Source: Amphiscolops sp. MND2022 (Eukaryota). From it: a stretch of DNA of 64,000 nt. Position numbers and translations under genes: made by a program. The stretch is taken from NCBI GenBank assembly GCA_964187785.1, contig OZ076409.1, forward strand, positions 22,570,001-22,634,000. The letters are read 5' to 3'. The notes beneath the pieces were generated by a model, which saw nothing but the letters and a program-made list of their open reading frames with translations, did no database searches and was not told the origin of the DNA. Positions 51,001-61,262 of this stretch are shown here, in pieces. Position 1 is the first letter of the stretch. Every line of letters starts with the position of its first letter.

Positions 51001-53241
51001 GTAGTTCAGTTCAATTTTGTCATAGCACATATCCCGGGGGCACAGAACACAGCAGCTGACTATTTGTCCCGATTGGAGGCAGATCCGAAGGATAAATTAG
51101 TCATGAAAATCCGCGAAGACGTACAAACTTTACCCATTGAGATAAATGTTCAATCTGCGGGGGTATCACAGGAAGAACAAATTTTCTATACGAATGACGA
51201 CAACGAAACAGAAGAACAGTTTTGGGCAAGAAAAGAAGCAATCAGGAAAAATCCAGCAATTGACGAGCCCACTGTTACCATAGAAACTCTGTCAACCAAT
51301 CTATTCAAACAACAACCAGACATTCAAGTCCGATTAAAGAAAACAAACCAGATAATCATCGAGCAGTCCAAAGATGCAGTATTGCAACAATTGAAGGCAA
51401 AGCTCCTTCATGAAGACTATTCAGAAAACATACTGCAACAGGATGCCCGATATAGACATTATGCAAATAATCTGGAACGAATTGTACTAAAGGACGAAAT
51501 CCTGACAAGGCAATATTTTGATGAAACAGGGAATGTTAAATACCATCAAATTTTGCTCCCGCAACACCTACTTCGGGAATTGCTCCATTCCCTTCACGGG
51601 ACAGCGCATAAACATCCCGGGATTTCAAAAATGTTGCAGGAAATCAGACAAAGGTATTATTACCCTAACATGGCAAAATATGTCAAAAAGTGGGTAGAAG
51701 GGTGTGAACAATGTGCAAAGGACAAACGAGTCCCAAACGCAACAATCACGCCTGAACTACTTAACTTGCCGGAATGGGACCTTGGACCCGAAGACGCCAT
51801 GCAAATCGACTTATTGCCGAATCTTCCCCCAAGTGGAGGATATGAAAATATTTTAACCGCAATTGATGTCTTCTCTCGATACTTGTTTGCTTATCCTCTT
51901 ACGGACGCATCAGCGATCAATGTAGCTAAAGCAATCATAGATATTATGACCAAACATTCTTACCTACCGACGACGCTAATTACGGATAAAGGAACTGCCT
52001 TTACTTCCACGATCATTGCGGAAATTACACAGATTTTAGGCATTACCCTAAAATGTGCAACGACGAAACACCCGCAAACTATCGGAAAATTAGAGCGAAC
52101 CCATGCCTCATTGAAAATGAACCTGAAAATGGCATGTGGGGAATATCGCCGACAATGGCATAAATATTTGCCTTTAGCAGTTCTCAATCATAACACTAGT
52201 TATCATGCCAGTATCGGATGCGAACCCACAAGAGTGTTCCATGGGAGAATCCCATACAACATCTTGGATCACAAACTTGGAATGAATCCAAATGACCCAA
52301 TCCATCCGACTACTGAATTCGCAGAAGAAATCCAGAACCGGACCAAACTCCTTATTGACAAAACAAAGCAGAACATCATGCAGTCATATATCAAATATAA
52401 GGAGTATTACGACCGAAAAGCAAAAGCCGCCCCACTCAAAGAGGGCGATTACTGTTTTGTATTACAGCCGAAAGCGGATCATCAAGGATCAAAAATTCCA
52501 TTCAAGGATTATCGCTGGGTTGGACCATTTATAGTCCAGAAGATCTTACCTAATGAGAATTACATCGTCCGCAGGCTTAATACAAATAAAACGCAGATCT
52601 TGCATCGAATTCGTCTCAAAAAGTTTGTTCCAAATCAGCCACTTGAGGACAATTTCCGAGAACAGCGTCTACAGCCGGATGACGAAATAATCATTCCGCA
52701 AGACGACTTGTATGTAATAACGTGGGAAACAAACTTTGGCGAACAGCTAGATACACGAGGCAGCGAGCCTATTCCAGCCAGCTCGACGAATGACGAACAG
52801 CCGAGTACGGCAGAAGCGAATGCAAGTGACGCAAGCGAGAATGAAGTGGATTATGTAATCACGAGTGACGAATCAAATCTTACCGATCGTGCGTCGCACA
52901 GCCGGGATGAACGATTGAATGATGACGTCACTGAAAGAAATGAAGCTACTGCAGTGACAGAAAATAACAAATCTGATTGGCCGAATCCGGCCGTTTTCCC
53001 GAAAAACCAAGAAAATTCTTTGCCGAATACGGCAGATGGACTGGAAAAGGATGAAATTTTTTCAGAAAGAAATTCAATGAATGAAAACGATGCACAAAAC
53101 TCTCCAAAAAGGGGGGATGATATTATCGTGCCCGAAATATCCGAAAACGATGCTAGAAATGAAAGTCTGAGCCCTAGAGGAGGAAAATATAATCTCAGGC
53201 CTAACCCTAACCCAAACTACTCAGAAGACTTCAGATACTAA
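48028..53241 (+). CDS. pol: pol of element B, intact (protease, dUTPase-like linker, RT, RNase H, integrase with GPF motif, acidic tail)
   Basis: LIDTGA; YVDD; TDAS; HGTAHKHPG...CEQC; QIDL/TDKG/ERTH; WVGPF; 1702-aa ORF. Confidence 0.97.
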   Translation, partial: KKLTSPRLQYNQLISVRQYIRSDPPTQIFHQYNQQLMGYPSVVWQQQMEKATIITYNNTHLFQKPIPVWDPDYTSAFNSRFRPIPLVDNYNPTYIDPDYGRDPYWDTELYNQDLLQFQYVIDDIELYNRSVHDNPPITHNKKTRALIETWQMNDGTSHPVFPNPLGIETSDKPEETIPQSLLDESQFQNILITREGEPDCIPLSTNINLKCKKRMLYFPMDFGELTIDGLIDTGALSSAIPEMDLRKIRLLSPQSVIREGPPPNFQIMVANGQLETPKSTIELKFEVGDIEFHEIFIVMEHLTGPIIGLMFLQRNHTVLDMRQGILNFPFFSMQLKTADHKYSNVLEPILNPTEITIPPNDRVLIRTNSLLYPENTVTGILQPSDLLHEEGDITFCPALVTLNDGNIMIPVNNFTDHPYKLKKGLHIASFSVMTPEQMKYVKPVDPASTWHLLQNDEEQAAHYVSSLIKTNRNPQNSENYWFPTPENPGNPEEHTPIQKRILRELQALQDLETLDPTTDAESRAKFLENFDWKDSTLTPEEKEKIEELLVEFHDIFARHRFDIGMNEDFKVKLTPKDNSPAYSQSLPAPINLKEDILVELAMLHKYGIITTLPFSKYASPIFAQKKPNGKLRLLVDLRKINNLISDDYINNNHPVSTLVDAAQHLAGKKLFCKLDCSQAYHCLPMADQRSIEMLAFNFATRTFAYRRLAQGLSRSLSAFSSFMREYLDKVIKADQCAQYVDDIGIAANDADHLIANLRATFKCNQEAGLKLTMHKCHFGAKEIDFLGRTITPQGVKPQKQNVQNFLEKTKFPKSKKALQRYLGFLNYYRNYIPRLSERLAPFYKMLKSDEKVLVSKELVQQFEEINKALDKCCDLALQQPIPNKQIALMTDASFGAAGYAVLIEDDPNQKFTSLRKSYAPVAYASKTFTPAQIKMSIYAKEFLAIYFAFKEFGHIFWGAPKPVIILTDNKAVTRFFQTKIIPPTLWNACDYVVQFNFVIAHIPGAQNTAADYLSRLEADPKDKLVMKIREDVQTLPIEINVQSAGVSQEEQIFYTNDDNETEEQFWARKEAIRKNPAIDEPTVTIETLSTNLFKQQPDIQVRLKKTNQIIIEQSKDAVLQQLKAKLLHEDYSENILQQDARYRHYANNLERIVLKDEILTRQYFDETGNVKYHQILLPQHLLRELLHSLHGTAHKHPGISKMLQEIRQRYYYPNMAKYVKKWVEGCEQCAKDKRVPNATITPELLNLPEWDLGPEDAMQIDLLPNLPPSGGYENILTAIDVFSRYLFAYPLTDASAINVAKAIIDIMTKHSYLPTTLITDKGTAFTSTIIAEITQILGITLKCATTKHPQTIGKLERTHASLKMNLKMACGEYRRQWHKYLPLAVLNHNTSYHASIGCEPTRVFHGRIPYNILDHKLGMNPNDPIHPTTEFAEEIQNRTKLLIDKTKQNIMQSYIKYKEYYDRKAKAAPLKEGDYCFVLQPKADHQGSKIPFKDYRWVGPFIVQKILPNENYIVRRLNTNKTQILHRIRLKKFVPNQPLEDNFREQRLQPDDEIIIPQDDLYVITWETNFGEQLDTRGSEPIPASSTNDEQPSTAEANASDASENEVDYVITSDESNLTDRASHSRDERLNDDVTERNEATAVTENNKSDWPNPAVFPKNQENSLPNTADGLEKDEIFSERNSMNENDAQNSPKRGDDIIVPEISENDARNESLSPRGGKYNLRPNPNPNYSEDFRY

Positions 53242-53472
53242 GAAAGACTGAATTTAGGTCAGGAAATGAGCCCCGAACCTATTTTCTTTTCTTTAACGTT
53301 TTCTTTTTGTCCCATAGAAGCAAATTTTTTGAACAAATGATGGGACGTGCAAGAGACCCTTTTTCAAATAAATAAACACGGAGCCATAGAAATAGAATCA
53401 CAACTAAAATATACAAAAGAACAAATCAACAACAATTGCAGTCTCGAGATGTACATATATACATATGCACAA

Positions 53473-56400
53473 TTAGTCTTTAGAAGTGCTGGTAGAAGCC
53501 TCCATCACAACAGAAGATGATCTGGACCGAGACTGGCTCCTTTCCATACGTTTTCGCTTAGTGCCACTGGGCAATTTAACAGCTGGGGCATCTCGTACAG
53601 AAGGAACGCTGGCCACAGTAACATCTGCAGCACCCACTTCTGCGGAAGCAACCGAGCGATGAGAAGATATGAAGGATTTGTAAATCGAAGAACGCCCGAA
53701 GTTATCCACATACGTCCAGGGATCATAATCAGAGCAGAGTCCAGATTGCCCGAACGAAGAGGAGAGTAAGGAAAACTTCTCGAGATTAACATCAGTACAG
53801 CAAAGGGCCAAGGATTCGGAAACCTCAGATAAGTAGCTTTGACAAGGCAGAACTACATCAGATACCCGAGTCTGGAGGCCTTGTGTGTCCACCTTCCCCA
53901 TGGTCACAGCTGGATAACGGGGACTGACAGAAGTTAAACACAAACAGCATAGTTTGAAAAGGTAACGAATATGCTCATGCGTCTGGAGGAAATCAAGACC
54001 CATGAGGAACTCAATGAGGTCAATTGGCTCATCAGTGAAGCTCGGGTCGGAAGAATGGTAAGTTCGGAGATAATCCAACAACGCCAGATACTCATCCCTG
54101 CATGCAGCCTCATTTAACCCAGTGACCCAGGAACGCAACTGGAATGTGGTGTACAAGACACTGAAATGACGGAGGGCCACATCGGTGGGGCGTTTCATCA
54201 TAATATAAGGGTCGAAAGCAGCCAACCCCTTGATAAGATCGGAGCTAAGGCCAGTGTGTTGTAAGACAGCTCCCAGGAGAAATTCAATATATTTCTTGGC
54301 ACTGGTCACGAAGTCGGTCTTGGCTGCGTCAGCCGTTTTATCAATGGCAGCCTTACTTGACTTCTTGTTAAAATGTAATCCTGCAGCTTTCAGATTACTA
54401 GCGCTAGCCACCTTGTTGGTCATCTTAAGTCTGACCAAGAACTCGTCGTCCTGCATGAACTTCCCGTCGCTAGTCCTAAAATCCAGCAGGAGAAACCAAG
54501 CACTCTCGAGGGGAATGGTGTCAGGTTGGTACACCCGAAAGCAGAGTCGACTGATGAACTTGCAAACCTCCCCACAGAGATAGAAGGTTGCATCCCGTCT
54601 ATGGGAGAGATTGACTGAGAAGCTGGTCACATCTAAAACATAAATCAAAAGGGTCCATATACGGACATGTGACTGAAACATGTCAAAGCATAGTTTACTT
54701 ACAGTCATTTACGAGACGTTGAAAAATTCCAGCCTGACGGCGAAGAACTCGTCTGATATCAAGGACCACTCAAAGCTCTGGACCTTGTTGTGCACTCCCT
54801 GGTTCTCCTGTCGGTGAGAATGGACGGTCAAATAACGAAGAACTGATTTCCACCGCTTGAGTAAATCCCGACACAAATCGGGGAGCTTGTCCACTTCCAG
54901 TCTGCAGGTGGTAACAGCCTAAATACAATGTAATTGCAAAACATATAGTATGGTTCACGTCCTATCCACTGCGTAAGATGCTACTATCTGAATTGAGCAA
55001 AGTATACTAACTCGGGTGAGTTCAGGCGATTCTAGGACCCAGTCTTCTGTGACAGAACCGCCCAGGGAAACGAGGAGGCACTGGAGGACAGAGAACATAT
55101 CAATCCGGCCAAACACGCTGTATGTGTACTTGTGCATCAAGAGCCGCAGATCAAGTGTTTCAAAACGGAAACAGCTCTGAATGCCTCGTGAATAGGAAGG
55201 ATGCTGGTCAATTGCTCGTATGTAGTCAACTGAGCAGCCTGAACAGGCTACTATATCGGGGTCAGTTGACACCACTGATAACAACCGCGACAAAGATCCC
55301 AATTCGCCTGTGAGATCGGCAGCAGGAAGCGCACTCCGGCAGATGAAAACTCTACAGAGTTTAGTCTCCCTCCAATAGCGCAAGAACATCAGGCGATCTG
55401 TCCCACTGTCCTCGAATTCAATGGAGAAATGCTGTGCTGAGTTCACTTGTTCAGCTATATCTTCCATCACACAATTGAAGATGTGCTGGAATATAGCCTG
55501 AAATGGAAAGGATTGTATTTACTAGGTGCCACAATTTCACTTATGTTAGCTCACGTGTGTTTATTTATGTATGTATATGCGCGTGTATATATGCTTGTCA
55601 ATATGCTATCATGTGACTAGGTAACGAACAAGGCACACAAGTTATACTTACTGTGATCCTTTCCTCACTCCAATCGAAATCGTGGAAAGCTGCCTGGTAA
55701 TCAGTGAAAGACCCCACTCTTGACCATAGATTCCGAAGGACGGTTAAATCTCCCTGTCTTTGAATGAAGTCTCCGATGAGGCAGATCTGGGTTTTAGCCC
55801 GTGACTGGGGGGTTACCAAGGCAGTAGTGCTTCCCTTGAGGTAGTCCTCATAAAAGGGAAACCTTTTTCCCACGTCTACAAGTTCGGTGTGGATGAACTT
55901 CCGGAGTTCTTGTGCCAACTCAACTTTGCTTAGGATCTTCCCATTCCTCCCTCTGACCCTGTGTTGGACTTTTCCTGTGATGGGGTCGACGGTCTTGAGG
56001 TGCTCATAGCGCCAACGTTGATCTTTTCGAAGGTGTTTCTCTGTCCTGTGATGCCTTAGGATCTCGACAACCCCTTTCGTCTTGATTGAGAAATTTTTCT
56101 TACACATATGGCACCACACCATATGCGGATTGTGAAGGGGGTCTGCAGGACCAGATATAAAGGACCGAGTCCACCCAATCTTGGAGAAGAACTCCTCCCG
56201 CATTGGTACTCCTCGTCTCTGGGTGGTTTTGGCCTTGGAGGTCCTTTTGACAAGTTTTCTACTTCGAGGCTTTTGAGTCGAGGACTGCTCCCGCACTTCT
56301 GACAGTGTGACATCCAGACTGCTTTGTCCGGTGGATTCGTCTCCTCTGCCACCTGACCCAAGTGGTATAGACGTGTGTTGTTCAGGTCTGACGTCCTTGT

Positions 56401-57827
56401 TCGATGTCTTCCTAAAACTGTCAGCTATCAGGGCCATTTCTCCAGAACTATCAGTATCGTCCAGCATTGATATTCCTCGGGTCTCGAGCGACGTACTAAA
56501 GTCCCCACTGGCTTCAGAATCCTGTCCGGGATCGGTAATGAACCCTTCGGAACTGGTACTTCCAACTTGCTGGGGTCTAGGAGTCTGAGCGCGGCTTCGG
56601 AATTGCTTGGTTCTAGAGGGTGCCGTGGCTGGTCTCCCTCTCACTGCACCTATGACCATTTGCTCCATTGTTGTACAGGTCATGCTGATTGCCTCGTCCG
56701 TCAGGACTCTCAACAGGTGGTAAATCTGGGGCTCAGTGAAAGCCACTGTCCGGTGACCTACAGGGAAAATGTAAGGATCTTCAGTTTCGAAATACTGTTT
56801 TAAGATGGCTCTGCTACGCCCAGACAGCTCCCTTAAAGGTTCTTCTTGTTGCGAGGTCCCGGCCGCCGGTGTCCTGAGTGGGTTGTTGATGTAATCATCA
56901 AGTTCAGTATCGCTGCCCTTCTCGGAATCGAGCTCTGAACACCCTGGAATTGCACCATGAAGAGGGGGAAGGTCATCAATCCCGGATGCTGCTCCCGAGG
57001 TATCCATATCACTCGTTAGTTCAGTCTCTCGGGTTTTCCCTTTTGGTAATGGAGGGGGGCCACTGATTATGGAAGAAGAATCTTCTTCGCCTTGTAAAGA
57101 AGATACACCAGGAACCCCTCTTGACGTGTCTATACCAACTTGTAGTTCTGGAAATCCAGAGGAAGTGGTAGGGGCAATTTGTAGAAGCGACTCGAGCTGA
57201 GACAAACTCGGCGATTCTCCTGGGTCCTGGCTAATCTGCTTGGGAGTACTAGTTTTCCTGGGGTCAACTGGTGGGGGAGTGCACAGACCCTCCGTATTGG
57301 AAGCCTCTACAAGTTTGTCTACATCTGTTCTCATTACTGGCGGTGACACAGCAATTTGAGTTGCCTCCATCCGTTGAACCATCTCAGTTGCATAAGTAGT
57401 GACATCCACGTTGCTATCAGTACTTAGAGGGGATTCAATCATGTTCTGGCCCTGGAAAGTTACGGCTCTATTGTGAGGAAGAAGAGGTGGGAGAGGTCCC
57501 AGCCCAAGATTAGCAGTCGATTCAGGCAATTGACCCAACGTTTGATCAGACTGAGTAAGGTTGTTCTCCACGGTGTTGGTTGGAGTTTGAGCTTCATTTA
57601 TACTCTGATTCTCTAAACAGAAAGAGATGAAATTTGGCGGTGAGCTTCCTTGAAAAGAATCCATTTTGCCGCATTAGAAAACTTCCGGAAGTGTTTGAAA
57701 ATTTGAATAAAACGTGTTATCACGCGTTTACTAATGGGAACAGGAAGCATGTTGTGAACGAATTTAACCCTGATCAAGTTAAATTTTAGTTCGGAATAAA
57801 AACAAACCAACCTTCAGATGAAGACAT
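53473..57827 (-). CDS. Antisense 5-exon gene of element B (~1,280 aa): low-complexity N-terminus, BED-type zinc finger, degenerate hAT-transposase-like body; exons 57827-57812, 57612-55652, 55497-55012, 54918-54703, 54632-53473
   Basis: All four introns are GT-AG and phase-compatible if one T is restored in the T-run near 54722-54728. WCHMCKKNF...ILRHHRTEKH finger; EDIAEQVNSAQHFSIEFEDSG...MFLRYW resembles the first catalytic strand region of hAT transposases. Exon 1 is the least certain. Confidence 0.85.
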
Positions 57828-58692
57828 CCTTGAACTGAATCGAATGAAGGAACGAGTCCTTGTACGACTGAAGAGGCTGATGGATATGGCCGAAACCGGC
57901 TGGAGGAGAAGGATCGAGGGTCGCTTTGGGGTGAAGAATCGGCTAAGAAGTGTCGTTTGCGGGAAATAACTATAAGTTGAGAAGAGACAAACAGAAGATA
58001 ATTTGAATTAAAATGGAATTGGAATTGGGTAGAAGAATTGAAGAAATTAGAAAGTTGGAGTTCGTGGCTGAAGATTATTACCAGACTAATATTACGGGAT
58101 TATTTACATATTTATTCTGTACATGGAGTCTGCCAGCGAAATGTACAAAGATTACTTCATTATTTACAACTTATGGAATTATTGGCCGATTACGGCCGTT
58201 TACCCCATTTCGGTTTACCATCTTGTTCCATTTCGTTTGTTATCCTAATTGGGATTTCCGTTATTATAGTTACTCAAATTGTTATTTCCGATATTTTGAA
58301 TTATTTCGATTTATTATTTTCGCCATTTTAGTTATTCAAAATTATTATTTTCCGCCATCTTTACTATTCATTTTTCAAATTTATCGAAGCTCAAATTTGA
58401 TTGGCTAACGCCATTTTAGTAGACTTCACCTGACGCATGCCGTTAATTACTATCAAGCTCGATGTTAATTACCCACTTGAAAGCGGAATTATTTGTTGTT
58501 GTCAACTTAACGCCTCTCTGACTACCCACTTGAGAAGACGAAGATGGGGGGTTCCTACCTAAGTTTCAAAGGATTAACCGCCGCTGGAAATTCCATTCAT
58601 GAAAGTTTACGACAGATAAGGTTGAATAACCTAAGATTCTACCGCCTAAACGAGTCCACCGGGAAATTACCCGACTCGTCTTAAGGTGGGAA

Positions 58693-59559
58693 TTGGTAAA
58701 CTTATTTGAATTTGAATCTCCTCACCGTTCAGTCGACTCACAAGTTTCAAAAATTGCAAAGAAAATCATAATGTCTAAATACAACTTGGCAAGAAAATTA
58801 TTTGACTTCGACGGAGATAGCTCGGATGAGTCTGAAGCTTCAGTGATCTACATATCAAGTAGCGACGACGAACTGTCAGAAGGATGGGAGACGGACTGTT
58901 CCACGGACACGGAGCAGCTCATCGCGAGAATAGAGAAAGAAGTGACTTCGAGCCCTATGCTGATAGGAGGCAGAATCATGACCACGGACGACTTCGAAGA
59001 GGAACACATGGTAGCTGGTCCAAGCAGCTCACAGCCGCACAAGGACACTACCCCCAAAATGGACCAAAGATACTTCGACCATGAGAGATGCTATGCCCCA
59101 CCCAAGAGAGTGGAGAAGACGCGAATTGAGCTATGCAAGACGCTGCTGCCAGTACCGGAGTCTCCAATGTCGCCGCCGGAACACGAGAAAGGACCAAGCA
59201 ATGACACTCCCTTAGTACAATCCTTTGCAAGCGGATTTCATGCCTCTTATCATGTGCAATATACGCAACCCTACGAAGACATCAGCAGAGTGCGCTATAC
59301 AGGATGTCTGGTATGTGGCAGGTCCGTAGATGACATAAAGGACGAGAAAGTCAACTGGTATATGGAGAGGTCAACACCGCGGGACGAACCGGAGCACATT
59401 ACGAGATTAAGGCGCGAAGCTTATATCAACGGGCTGAACGCGGGCAGTCTGCTTTTCGTCGCTCCTGCAGTGTCGCAGGCTGCCGCCTGTGACGGCACAA
59501 GGATTACAACGACATCCGCAGATCAGGAAACGGCACCAGGTACTCTACCAATTTTCTGA
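58693..59559 (+). CDS. Sense accessory ORF of element B (unknown function; acidic, SIM-like VIYISSSDDE, CLVC motif), ending 89 nt inside the 3' LTR
   Basis: 288-codon open frame conserved with A; first ATG at 58771; no env-like hydrophobic signal or transmembrane segment visible. Confidence 0.82.
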   Translation: MVNLFEFESPHRSVDSQVSKIAKKIIMSKYNLARKLFDFDGDSSDESEASVIYISSSDDELSEGWETDCSTDTEQLIARIEKEVTSSPMLIGGRIMTTDDFEEEHMVAGPSSSQPHKDTTPKMDQRYFDHERCYAPPKRVEKTRIELCKTLLPVPESPMSPPEHEKGPSNDTPLVQSFASGFHASYHVQYTQPYEDISRVRYTGCLVCGRSVDDIKDEKVNWYMERSTPRDEPEHITRLRREAYINGLNAGSLLFVAPAVSQAAACDGTRITTTSADQETAPGTLPIF

Positions 59560-61262
59560 AACTGGAACTTTTAAACTATGATGCTAACGTTTTGTAACAA
59601 AACACTCTCTTGTATTTTTGTTAATTCAGTTACATTGATTAGTCTGTTAAAAGTAGTACAATTGGAGTAATCCAAATCAAGTTATTGTATGGTTAAAATT
59701 GTTGAGATAATTGCAAGTAATAGCGACTGTAAGGCAGTATAGGAAACGTGTTCAAGTGACGTACGGCGCTGTACCGGTAGCGTCACTTGAGCACGTTACC
59801 TCAGCCAATCATATCGCAGTATGCAATCTCGTTTGTTGATGCTATTTAATTAATGGCCGAGTAAGGCCAGTTGCCGCGCTTTTAATATTCTCTTTTAATA
59901 TACTGGTCAAATGGCCGGTTTCGTCCCCTCTGTTCAAAGCTGAAATAAGGTGGTAATTTAACATGAGACGAGTTATGTTTGTTGTATTTGTACTTTCGCA
60001 ATAGCCAGATCTTTTCCTATAACTGATGCTTTGTCTTAATACTCAACCTCTTGCTAGGCCTTCAAGGCCATATTTCATTAGTGCTTGCCTATTAATTAGC
60101 CGGCTATTTCCGGCCACTGAAGTTGTTGCGTTCTTTTGAAAAGTAAAGTAGCACATGTATTTGGGGCTAATCGGTTGATTAACGTGTATGATTGTTAACA
60201 TGATAATTGGCCGTATTGGGCCTAATAACATAATGTGCTTCACATTGTTGCAGAGCTTACTTCAGGCCACGTGGTGGCACGTGCCTGAAAGGAATGTGTG
60301 TAATGTTGTTTACATTCCTGATGAGTGCTAGGTCCTTTGATGGACAGAAGATCCATTTGATGCACTAGTAAATATTTTGATGCCGCCTTTGATAGATAAA
60401 CAATTGTAATTCTAGAATGCTAGGAATTTCCCAATCGAGCCGGAAAACTGAAGATTGCAGTGTATTTCCCGCTAAAATCCTTAGTCCCGTGCCCCGATTG
60501 GAATGTTTGAATTCTATTCGTGAATTCCTTTTGTAAAAGTCATACCTCAGAGAGTATATATACGAGTTTCACTCCTGAGGGACACACAAGTGTAATACGT
60601 TTGTACCAAACAGTTGACTCTTATTTTCCGAAAATAATAATTCAATATTTACCTCGGACTTTCTATCTAAATGCCTACCACAAGGAAACAGAAGAAAGCA
60701 AGAAAATCAAGAGAAGCAGAAATGTTATCAAACATTGAGAACTTAGACATAATGCTCGGAGGAGATCATTTTAATAGGAATGAAAGAAGTAAAAGTTTAA
60801 ATAGTAACCAGGCCAGAAGACCTGGAAGTCTTTTTGGTGACGATTTTGAAAATGAGGATGAAGATAGGTCGTCTATCGCTAGAAATGATGAACTCGGTCC
60901 AAATGCCGAATTAGGACAAAACTCAGTTAGAGGTAGTTCTAATGCCGAGATCAACAGACTGTCGAGTGAATTAAATTCCCGTATATCGCGGGAGATGGAT
61001 GAGATGATGAATAGTGTCAGTGTTCAGATCCAAAGAGCTATAAGTGAGGCTATAAGCAATCAAGTACTTCCCCAGATTCAAAATGCCCTTATGGCCGATT
61101 CCGGACATATGACCAAAGAGAGATGGAACGTTCCGTCTGAGAGACCGGAAGGATATTCTGAAGTTCTGCGTAATTCAGACTCTAGAAACAATTTGAAGAG
61201 TAAGACACTTGGTGACCGTCAGAAGGACGGATTCACATTATCGGACACCCGTGCTTACGACA
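59471..61262 (+). repeat. 3' LTR of element B, containing an open gag 5' fragment (from 60671)
   Basis: Near-identical to 45116-46907; followed by the TSD. Confidence 0.97.

Larger units (their letters stand above)
45116..61262 (+). mobile_element. Element B: young full-length (16,147 bp) Ty3/Gypsy LTR retrotransposon with antisense hAT-like gene and accessory ORF, in a host intron
   Basis: TSD TATGT (45111-45115, 61263-61267); 1792-bp LTRs TGTCG...CGACA differing at about six positions seen by eye; intact pol. Confidence 0.97.

Noticed and set aside
48582..52534. Short ORFs antisense or out of frame to pol
   Set aside because: Shadow ORFs of a long coding sequence; their similarity to ORFs in A simply reflects pol conservation.
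53300..58000. Antisense gene as an independently nested hAT transposon
   Set aside because: No TIRs or 8-bp TSD seen, and it has the same position and orientation in diverged elements A and B.
58693..59559. Accessory ORF as an env gene (it occupies the env position)
   Set aside because: No signal peptide, furin site or transmembrane helix is visible; the protein is acidic and hydrophilic.
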